The translations under genes and the position numbers were made by a program. A stretch of 64,000 bases of DNA from Selaginella moellendorffii (taxonomy: Eukaryota > Plantae > Lycopodiophyta): contig NW_003314282.1 of NCBI RefSeq assembly GCF_000143415.4, forward strand, positions 1,693,374 to 1,757,373. Direction: 5' to 3'. Shown here piece after piece: positions 47,566-57,859 of this stretch. A model generated the notes under the pieces. The model saw only the letters and a list, made by a program, of their open reading frames with translations. It made no database searches and had not been told where the DNA came from. The stretch's first letter is position 1. Every line of letters begins with the position of its first letter.

Positions 47566-50320
47566 ATGTCGTCAGCCTCGCTCCCTCCAGTGGTGCTTGA
47601 AGATAATAGCTCTTACGTACGCTCACAGGGTTTTAATCGCATCTTTGGCTGATACTTCTCTCTCGCAGGTTGTCATCAGCAATGGGTTTCTAGAGCTCAC
47701 ACTCACAAACCCAGGAGGGGACGTGACTAGGATCAGCTATGGAGGCATCACAGATTTGCTCGAGTGGAGAAACAAGGAAACAAATCGAGGGTATGGCAAA
47801 TTCTTATAGAAAACTCCATAGAATTTCCTCTTGTGGGTCTACAGGTACTGGAACTTGGTTTGGAGCTTACCAGATGGTGGTGACAAATTTGATGTGTAAG
47901 TTTCTTAGAGCTTGATCGTCAAAAACCATGTTTTCTCTTTTGATTTTCCCAGAATCAGTGGAACAAAATTTACTGTTGTGTCCAACACTGAGGACATGGT
48001 TGAATTGTCCTTCTATCGACCTTATGATTCCACCGAGACAATGGTTCCACTCAACATTGACAAGCGGTAGAATAACAAGATCTCTTGGATGTTTCTCACG
48101 ATCACTAAATATTTTCTGCTAAAGATTCGTGGTCCTGAGAGGAAGATCTGGATTCTACACTTATGCTATCTTCGATCGACCTTATGGATGGAGTGATTTT
48201 AATCTCAACGTAGTTCGTGTGGCATGGAAACTTGGACAGGACAAGTAAGAAAGTGGTGGTTTTTTCCTTCGTTTTTCTGATCGATCTCGTCCAAAAAGCT
48301 TCGATTTCATGGCAATCAGCGACACCAAGCAGCGAGTTATGCCATATCCACAAGACAGATATCCACAAAACTCGGAGACACTCGCGTATAAAGAGGCTGT
48401 CATTCTCGTCAATCCGAAAAATCCCAACCTCAAAGGCGAGGCAAGCGACTAATCTCTCCATTTTTTTATTTTTATTTTTTTCTTCCAGAAGTTCTTCTCA
48501 AAGTTCTAGCAGAGATGGAATTTAAAACTTTGGATCTATAGGTGGATGACAAGTACCAATACTCTGGAGAGAATCGATCGACCAAGGTCCACGGATGGAT
48601 CTCATTCGATCCGCTAGTGGGCTTTTGGATGATCACGCCCAGCTACGAATTTAAGACTGGAGGACCTCTCAAGCAAAATTTGCTCTCTCATACTGGCCCA
48701 ACGTGTCTCTCGGTAACTCTTTTTCAAATTTTTAGGGCTCTTAGATTGCCTCTCCCAGGTTTTCCTTGGCAGCCACTATGGCGGCATCACGCTTTGCCCC
48801 AAGTTTCGCGACGGTGAGGCGTGGAAGAAGGTCTTCGGCCCCGTCTTCGTCTACCTCAACTCCTCCAGCACCGATCATCGATCTCTTTGGGAGGATGCGA
48901 AGCTCCAGGTGAGAAATCGCGACATTTTCGTTTCTTGATCGATTTGTTCACGCTTCCGGGATCAGGCCGAGGCGGAGATCGATGCCTGGCCGTATAGCTG
49001 GCCTGGCTCATCAGATTTCACTCTAGCAGCGGAGCGTGGCCATGTCTCTGGGGAATTTTACGTTTTCGACAGGTTCTTTCATTGCAGAAAAGAAATTCTA
49101 CTTGACTGTAGTGATTTTTCTTTGTTTTTCTTCTTCAGCTTCCTCTCTTCCAAATTGCTTCCAGCTGCGTTTGCATGGATTGGCCTAGCTCCCCCGGGAG
49201 ACGCTGGATCGTGGCAAGAAGATAGCAAGGCAAGTTGGAAAAAACTTCCTTTTCACGGGTTTTGGATTCTCGATCTGATATGGGGACATACAGGGATATC
49301 AGTTCTGGACACAAGCTGATAAATTCGGGAACTTTGAGATATCGAATGTACTGCCTGGAACTTACGATCTGTATGGCTGGGTGCCTGGCGTGATTGGAGA
49401 CTACAAGAAACAAGGAGATAGCATTACGATCTCTCAAGGTTTGGTGTACGAGTTTATTTCCTCAACTTTTCATTTCATCTCTTGTGTGTTCTGTGTGTTG
49501 CAGGCGGTTCGTATGACCTTGGTTCTCTTGTTTATAAACCACCCAGGAATGGTCCAACACTCTGGGAAATTGGTTTTCCCGACAGATCGGCTGCAGGATT
49601 TTTTGTTCCATCTCCAGACTCGAAATACGTGAGCAAACTTTTCGTGTACCAAGAAAGGTGCTTGAAAGAAGAAAAACCACCGTCACAAACATTGCGTGCT
49701 TCAGGTTTCGACAGTATGGATTATGGACTCGATACTCCGAAATCTACAGCAGCCAGGATTTGGTTTACACTGTTGGCTCTAGTCAGTGGCCAAAGGACTG
49801 GTTCTTCATACATGGCGTAAGGTTCGTTCATGCAGCTGGTTTTAGCTGGTTCTAACTCTTAAAAGCCTTTGAACAGAGTAAAGAGCGATGGAAGTTTTGA
49901 ACCAACGACGTGGGAGATCAAATTCTGGCTAGACCTTGCGATCAAGGATGAAAGCTACACGCTGAGGATCGCCATTGCTGGCTCTCATTATGGAAATATC
50001 AAGGTCTGTGCTTCCCAGAGGAGAAACTTCACTAGATATCTTTATTTTGGTTACAGGTGTACGTGAATTCATTATCATCGTCGCCTTGCTTTGTGACGGG
50101 GATGTTTGGGCGAGACAATGCGATCGCCAGGCACGGGATCCATGGGCTGTATAGGCTCTACAGCGTAGACATCAATGGGGGGCTCTTGAAAAGAGGCGAC
50201 AACAGCATCTATCTCACGCAGGCCAACAGCCGAAGTCCATTTGTTGGTGTCCTTTACGATCACATCCGGTTTGAAGCTCCCTGCTGTGAAATCATAGAAG
50301 AAGCATCGTCAAGCCTCTAG
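47566..50320 (+). CDS. Rhamnogalacturonan lyase (PL4), multi-exon (start approximate)
   Basis: VVISNG.LELTLTNPGG, VDDKYQYSGEN..VHGWIS, GGPLKQNL.SHTGP, GLAPPGDAGSWQ, PPRNGPTLWEIGFPDRSAA, FGRDNAIARHGIHG, YDHIRFEAP. Confidence 0.92.
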
Positions 50321-50949
50321 TTTACAGGCATTCCTTTTTCTGTTTAGAGGAAGTCCGGTCAAATGAAAATCGGAAACGCTACCTTTGTCTACTTGGATCA
50401 TTAACCTCCGCAGCAGACCTTTCTTGTTTCCCACTTAAGCTGAGCAGGAAGAGTTCAAAGCCAATCTCAGGGAACAGTAAAGCTTCATGGCATAACTTCG
50501 TCAGTAACATAAATTATATACATTTTTGGAGATTATGAATATTCATAATAAATAGTATTACAACTCTATTTACCATAAGATTCTATGTGCCACACAAGTA
50601 GATTTTAGTGAAAAATCAAGTTTCCAGAGCTGTTCCAACATCTGAATGAATATTAATTTTGGGATAGTTGATAAAACTAAACAAGTAGAAAGTAAAACTC
50701 TTTAAGCGAGCATCTACTCCTTTGCTTCCCAAGTGACTCCTCCCTGAAACTAAAGCCACTTGCTATGCCTTAAGAATAGCAAGACTCTTCTTAAGGCACT
50801 CCTCCATTTAATTGCCAAGACATTTAAGCCATCTGAAGGCATATTGTGATGAATTTTTCTTAAAATCACTCTTAATTATCCCTTTTTTGAAATTTCATGC
50901 TAAGTAATTCCAACCCCAAAAAACTGAAAACCAAACAACGAGAGGAAGA

Positions 50950-51800
50950 AGAAAAAAAAAGTGTTGAACCATGGAGTTGTCGCCAGCCCCCAAACTTGCA
51001 AAACCTAGCCACCATACCAAGAACCTATGCCTGATGTAAAGTTCACTTTATTTGAGGCCACAATAATTAACCACAAAAAATGGATTATTTTACAAAGCCT
51101 ATAACTCCACCAATAAAATATTATAAATTAGACTAATTACAAACAGTGACTTTCCTTCCACCAAGATAGATGCAACATGATGTAATAGCTCTAAAAACAT
51201 CTGCAAAGTTAACATACTTAGAAGAAAGAGTTGGCTTATTTTTAATACTATAAAGGTCCTTTGAGTTTTAAGTGACAGCAAATCAATGTTGATTGGGAGT
51301 TTGCAGTTATGCATAGCATTTTCTTTTGACCAAGGCACAATATTGTGCTACAAATCATTTTAGCCAATCTTTTTCTTTATCTATCTAAGGTTTGGATTCT
51401 TTGTCATTATTAAAAGACCACTCACATTTGCATTAAGTTAGATTTTGAAAGTTTAGGTTTTATCTCTTGCATTGCTAATGTTATTTATAAATTTAATTTT
51501 TTCTCCATTCATAATCTTGCATTCATTGTTTCATGTTTCTTTATTGAAACCATATCATACCTCTTCTAACCTCACTAGTGTTCCACCACCTTCTCCTTCT
51601 AAAGTCATTGTTGCCATCAATGATTCTAAAATACTAATACTAAAGCTTTGGTTTGGATATTCTCCAAATGATTATATTCAGGAGTTTATTTCTCATATCT
51701 TATACCTTTTAAATTGATTGGGCATTTCTATCAAAAATATCCACTCAAGCCACATCTTACACCACTTTGGTTGCAACTTGATCCTTAGCATCAGGGGAGT
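50950..51800 (+). mobile_element. Highly degenerate Gypsy-type retrotransposon fragment
   Basis: LHSLFHVSLLKPYH..PPP (post-integrase motif preceding a chromodomain) in ORF 51472-51717; AT-rich and CpG-poor. Confidence 0.55.
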
Positions 51801-52353
51801 AAATATAATTTATCCTATTAAAGGGTATTTTGCCATCACTATCTACGATGGGGATTTGAACTTTACTTTTTCCTTGATAATGAGCTTCTAACACTAAATA
51901 AATAAATAAGTATATAATCATGATTTTATTTAAATTTAGATTAATACAAACATTCAACCTCACTAGATTTATTCTAGATAAAAAAACACAAAGAAAATAA
52001 AATTAAGTGATAGATACAGTAATTTTTTTTCTTTTATAGTTATAAAGAAACATAATACAATAAAGACAAATAACTAATAATGAAATTTTTATAGAGGCAA
52101 CAATCACTATAATAAATAATAATTTGCTGCACATTGCATGCAACAACACTTGGTTTGCTTAATAATAGTGTCATTCTTATTTAGTATTTTTGAATAATCC
52201 AATTGATCAATAATTATAAACATGTTTATAAATTATAAATACAAGATTAATCTAAATATAGGTAATCCTATAGATATGCAATTCCCTACAACTCAATAAA
52301 CATAGGTAGATACATTTTATATTTATAGTTATATTTATAGAATTAATATTCTG

Positions 52354-53295
52354 TTAAATTTTGTTTTTCCAAATTACTTCTTTCAAACCATTTTTATAAA
52401 ATGTGACTGTTAAGTGGCCAGAATCTTCTATTGTTAAAATGGCAAATACTAAGCAATTTAAGCAAAATGCATTATTTTTCCAAATAATATTTTTGTTATT
52501 GTCTATTATAAGTAAGTGACCATCTGGTTGAAGATGAAGGTAACAAAAAATATCAATTATTTCTGACTTTGTAGACCATATACTTTTATTTAACTCAATA
52601 TCATCAATTACTAAATTACACTTTGTTAATATAGCTCTAAATTTATTATTTGAGGATATTAAACTATTACCATTTATCATTTTTGTGCCATAAAAATACA
52701 AGGGACCATTTATTAGTTGTGTTCGATATGGCCAACATTGTGAAGAATCAATGTCATTTTTAACATAAAAAATATTTGAAGGTGGATTATTATCATCTGG
52801 TAAATCTTCTGGATAAGGTAAACTAGGGTATGGTTCATTAGGTCCTCTTACAGGATTATTGCCAAGTCCAATAAAATCTATTGAAAAATATCTATATACA
52901 GTTCCAATCATTCCTGCACCATATATTCTTGCATGGTATTCTACTAATCTTAATATTTCTAGAAAAGTATTTCGAATGTATTGGCCAGAAAATTGAAAAT
53001 TAATAGGAAGTGGATTGCAATTAAGAAAGTTTCTAAATCCGGAATGAACTATATAAATCCTTACCATAACTGCTTGATAACTAACAACAATAGTCTCATG
53101 AAGATAAAATCCATGATTATTAAATATAATTGGTTGGTTAATGTCAATACTTTCAATTAAATTCCTAATTCGAGTTATGATCCTTGCAATATGTTGATTA
53201 CCAAAATAACCAAAACGTCCAATCCATCTTGTTTGAGGTGGTTGAGAGTAAGATAAAATAAAAAATGTAAATAAAAAAACGACTTTAAACATCAT
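52354..53295 (-). CDS. Secreted unknown-domain + bulb-type lectin fusion protein (313 aa), intact and very AT-rich
   Basis: Intronless ORF with a signal peptide, a ~130-aa alpha/beta N-domain, a Pro-rich linker, and C-terminal B-lectin repeats (GNSLISSN.KFR..KCNLVI, CYLHLQPDGHLLII..IIW, LTIEDSGHLTV..IW). Homologous to 8979-9869. Confidence 0.8.
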   Translation of the reverse strand: MMFKVVFLFTFFILSYSQPPQTRWIGRFGYFGNQHIARIITRIRNLIESIDINQPIIFNNHGFYLHETIVVSYQAVMVRIYIVHSGFRNFLNCNPLPINFQFSGQYIRNTFLEILRLVEYHARIYGAGMIGTVYRYFSIDFIGLGNNPVRGPNEPYPSLPYPEDLPDDNNPPSNIFYVKNDIDSSQCWPYRTQLINGPLYFYGTKMINGNSLISSNNKFRAILTKCNLVIDDIELNKSIWSTKSEIIDIFCYLHLQPDGHLLIIDNNKNIIWKNNAFCLNCLVFAILTIEDSGHLTVTFYKNGLKEVIWKNKI

Positions 53296-54064
53296 TTAAA
53301 GGAGTTCTAAGAAATTTAATAATTAAGTAAGAGGATAGAAATTGTGGATTGTATATAAAGTGAATTTCCTTATTTTAAAATATACTATATAATAAATATA
53401 CTATATATTAAAATGTGTATTTAATATTAAAAAAATTAAAGTCTATTCTTTAAAAAAAATTTACTATTTAAAATTTTAATTTTGTTAATTAGTGGTATAA
53501 AAAGAATAGATATTTGTTTTTTCTCTTTATAAAATTGTTAAAGAAAACTTTTTTAAAATTGCAGTTACAGCTTGATAAAGATAGTCAACCTTTAATTTTC
53601 TTATGACTAATATGTGTAAATTTCTGTAAAGTAGATTTGAATGAGGAAAAGCCAGGAGACTACTCGTTTTAATTTTTGAAGGTGTTGCAGTGCCTAATTG
53701 GAAGATGGATGCAAATTGAAAACTTTATCAGTAATCACCCTAGTCTTCAGTACAAGGGCGTTTTGCACATTGCCACTGCTTGATTGCGGAAGCACTTAGC
53801 GAGAGTGCACACTCAGAGATGCAAACTTCAGACTCCGTTGACTTCTGACACGCATGGGCCATATTGGTTGCTGAGACATACAATCAAATGTTTAAGAAGC
53901 CATGGCCATCTAGATGCTTGAGGGGCACTGTCTCAAAGCCTTCCTTTAAAATCTTTCCACCTATTATCACTCTTATTTAGTTGTGATCAAGAAAATATAT
54001 ACAAAATCTAGTTTGCAATTTCAAAATGTAGCTCAAATTACGAAATGTCACGTGATGCTTTCTG

Positions 54065-55330
54065 TATGGCTAAGTCTGAAAACCATGGATGGTCATGCAA
54101 GCTTTTGGGTTGGCTCTTGAGATCAGCAATACCATTTGCGCTCAAGCTGATCCCTTTGGATGCTCAACCACGTTGATACAAAACCGTTGCTCAAACATCA
54201 AACACATCATAGAATTTGGTTTGAAATTTCAAAATCTAGCTCAAATTACACCTGTAGCATAATGCCGTATAGCTAAGTCCGAAAGCCATGGATGTTCATG
54301 GAAGCTTTTGGCCTCCTTGGCGTGGCTCTTGAGATCATCAATAAAACTGGCACGCCTTGCGCTCAAGCAGATCCCTTTGGTCCCTCGAGCATAACTCCCA
54401 GTTGATACAAATCTGATGTCTCAGCTGGGTCTTTTCCTCTTGGTTTCTGCGGAGGAACTCTTCCACACCAGCGTTGTCCTCGTCCAGTCCGCCAGCCTGA
54501 AAGCATCCCCCACCTCAGAATCCGCTTCCTTGACACCTTCCAGATCAAAGTTTTTCATCATTTCTATAGTCGACGCAAGTAACATTCTCGAGGCGCACAT
54601 CCCTGTGGACGAGTCCTGGAGAAGAAAAGCGCGTTAGAGAAAGAAACGGATGACAACCTTGAGAGTGGAGAGCATCCAGCGCTGACAAAATGTCTCGACC
54701 GAGCCACTTGAGCTCCTGTTCCGTGCTGATCATGACTCTGCCACCGATAGGAAAGAGAAGGACTTCGTAAGCACCAGCTTGCAACGTCGGAAGTGCGGGG
54801 ACGTAAAGGCTTGACATCCGCAAAGTTTACTCCAGCGTAGGTTTCCCAGTCATGTATTCTCTTGTGGCAGCAGTCTCTAAACAAAACAACCTCGGAAACG
54901 GTTGCCCAAGAGTCACGAATCCCCTCACAAGTGTCCGAGCTAGAAACGCTGAACGCGTCACCAAGCCTGAAAAATACTTCCAATCTCTTCGGTGCTTGTG
55001 TGCACAAGCCTCCCTGCGAATCACGAGAACAAAGAACTTGTAAATGGTGGATGAATGACAATCTCGACAGGCGCACTCACCGCTGCTATTGAATCTGAAT
55101 CTGGATCTGAAATCGTGAAGGGTCTCTCTCTCGAGCAACCTTCGAAAGGTTGGCCGTGTCATTTGATCAGGCGATGGAAATGCCGCAGAGGAAGACTTTG
55201 TGCATTAGAGGATCCAGGTCGAATGCCAGAACATGAGCGCAAACGGCTTGTCCGAGGATCCGGTCCGACCCTGAGAGGCGCGTTTATGCCGAAGGATATC
55301 GAGATGCAGAGATCCACTCCTCCACCAGAA
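54065..55330 (-). pseudogene. Deleted tandem copies of Crinkler-like kinase gene (copy B ~54270-55330, 3' fragment C ~54065-54160)
   Basis: Near-identical blocks to 55398-57577 (VHRDVRLENV, SDLYQLGVML, HEHPW, atctcgacagg..gaatctgaatctggatct) with large deletions. Confidence 0.8.
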
Positions 55331-55397
55331 ATAGAGAAGGTCAACACAAAATCTTGGTTTGCAATTTCAAGATGACAGCTATAACATAATGCAGCAG

Positions 55398-57577
55398 TTA
55401 AATAAAAAGTGATTCTTTCCTCATGCCTAAGTCCGAAAACCATGGATGTTCATGCAAGCTTTTGGCCTCCTTGGTGTGGCTCTTGAGATCAGCAATAAAA
55501 CTGGCACCGCTTGCGCTCAAGCTGATCCTTTTGGTCTCCACCAGACCCTTGAGCATAACTCCCAGTTGATACAAATCTGATGTCTTGGCATACACCCCGG
55601 TGGGCCTTTTCCTCTTGGCTTCTGAGGAGGAACTCCTCCACACCAGCGTTTCCCTCGTCCAGTCCACCAGCCTGAAAGCATCCCCCACCTCAGAATCCGC
55701 TTCTTTGACACCTTCCAGATCGATCAGCACAAAGTTTCCATCGTTGCTATAGTCGACGCAAATCACATTCTCGAGGCGCACATCCCTGTGGACGAGTCCT
55801 GGAAGATATACAGAAGAAAAACAAGCTAGAGAGAGAGAAACGGATGACAAAACCTTGAGAGTGGAGAGCATCCAGCGCTGACAAAACGTCTCGGCCGAGC
55901 CACTTCAGCTCCTGTTCCGTGCTGATCATGACTCTGCCACCGATAGGAGAGAGAAGAACTTCGTATACACCATCCTCTCGCAAGGTCGGGTTACCACACG
56001 CCGACACCAAGTGCGGACACCGAAATCTGGTGGTGCAATATGCTCTCTTGACATCCACAAAGTTTACTTCCATCTGAGCAGCGTAGGTTTCCCAATCACG
56101 TATTTTCTTGCGGCAGCTATCTCTGAACAAAACAACCTTGGACTGGTTCTTTAACACGGTTGTATGGAACAATTGCGTCCTGAAAAAAACACTCATGAAG
56201 CCATCAATGATGCACTTTGTTGCAAAGTACCTCCTTTCAGTTCTTAAGGAACCTTGTGTGCCGAGCAGCAGAAAGTAGAGCTTTATGTGCACAAGAATCA
56301 CCTTGGCGCGATCTTCAGCTCTGGACATATCATACGGCCCCGCCAGGTGCCGAGCAGCATCCTACAAGCAAAAAGGAAAGACTTTTAGTGGCAGTTCAAA
56401 GTCTTGAGGAACTGTACCCGACCGGAGGTGTCTCTGATGTAAAAACGCAGCTCATTTCCAGCCCTTGCAATGCAGACTACAAATCTCACGTCGCCATAGA
56501 TGAAATCTGGTGGAAGCTCGATCGCTGACAAGTCGAAGGGTGCAACAACGATGTCCCAACTCGAATCTTTTAGCTTGCCCAAGAAACAAGGCGTCCCGTC
56601 CACCTCCACCCGATAACAAGCCCTCCTTTGCTTCGCAAAACTAGGAATACATGGGGGAAAAACCTTGTTTCCGTCAGCTGAGATGGTAGAACGCAGTCTT
56701 TTGTCTCCTGGGGCACTCTCTGTAAGCCTCTGAAGTATCTGGTAAAACGGCAGAGTATCAGCGAACACAACCAAGTCATCTTGCCCGTCTGGCTTCGACA
56801 TCTGAATGGTGCTTGCGATGGAAACTGCGAAGCTGCTTGGGCTGTAAAAGAACTCTTTTGTTGGTGGAGCGCAGCAGCAAGGAACCTTTCCCAAAAGACT
56901 GCCGATGTCAAGCAAGAAGTCACGAATCCCCTCCCAAGTGTTCGAGCTAGAAACGTTGAACGCGTCACAAGCCTGAAAAATACTTCCAATCTCCTACCCC
57001 TGCGAATCACGAAAACGAAGAACCTGTAAATGGTGGATGGATGAAAATCTCGACAGGCTCACTCACCCCTCCTACTGAATCTGAATCTGGATCTATCCGA
57101 AATCGTGAACGGTCTCTCTCTCGAGCCATCTTCGAAAGGTTGGCCGTGGCTTTTGATGAGAGGAACAGTGTAGAGTTGCGCTGGCGGCGATGAGATGGGA
57201 ATGCCGCAGAGGAAGACTTCGTGCATTAGAGGATCCAGGTCGAATCGGCGACAGAGCTCGTCAAGAGTGAAAACTTTATCCACTTCGACCGGCGTTGTCG
57301 CACCCCCGTATCGCAGCCACACGAGAACGTTGGCGACTAGCGCAAACGGCTTCTCAGAGGATCCGGTCTGGCCCCGAGAGGCGCCCTTATACCGGAGGAT
57401 GTCGAGACACAGAGATCCCCACGAGCTCGACGCATTCTGCCCGCATATCGTGAGCATCGCCTCAGCGTCCAGATCGAAGGCAGCACACACATCCTCGGTG
57501 TGGAGGAGGCCGTCTTGCCCCACCCGGACGCTCCTCAACAGGCCGCAGTGAGCAATCCAATTCTCCTCCTCCTTCAT
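55398..57577 (-). CDS. Crinkler (CR)-like protein: duplicated N-terminal header + REase-like domain + atypical kinase; multi-exon, integrity uncertain
   Basis: The N-terminus has two ~75-aa repeats (V/L C..FDLD...xCG...GS.E.PF). The central CFLGKLK..DL..YGDVRFVVCIARAGNELRF resembles CR-REase. C-terminal kinase motifs: LDALHSQG|LVHRDVRLENV..FVLIDLE..SDLYQLG..HPW. Confidence 0.65.
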
Positions 57578-57859
57578 CCCTAAACCTTTTTAGATTTTCG
57601 TATGCATGGGCTAGACTTTACGATCAAGGATGAATGAGTATGGAAATACCAATCATATCTCTCTCTTGGTTGCGGGTCACTCTTATCATCGCCACCTTGC
57701 TTTGTATGGGCGTGCGATCCCTAGGGACTGTACAAGCTATACCGCATAAACATGAAACTTCAAACCATCATCCTCCTTAGTAAGTAGTTTGTTCAAACTT
57801 AAAGAGTTGTGGCAGTCAAATTGCTGAGTGGGAAGCTTATTCACGGCATTTGTGCTACG

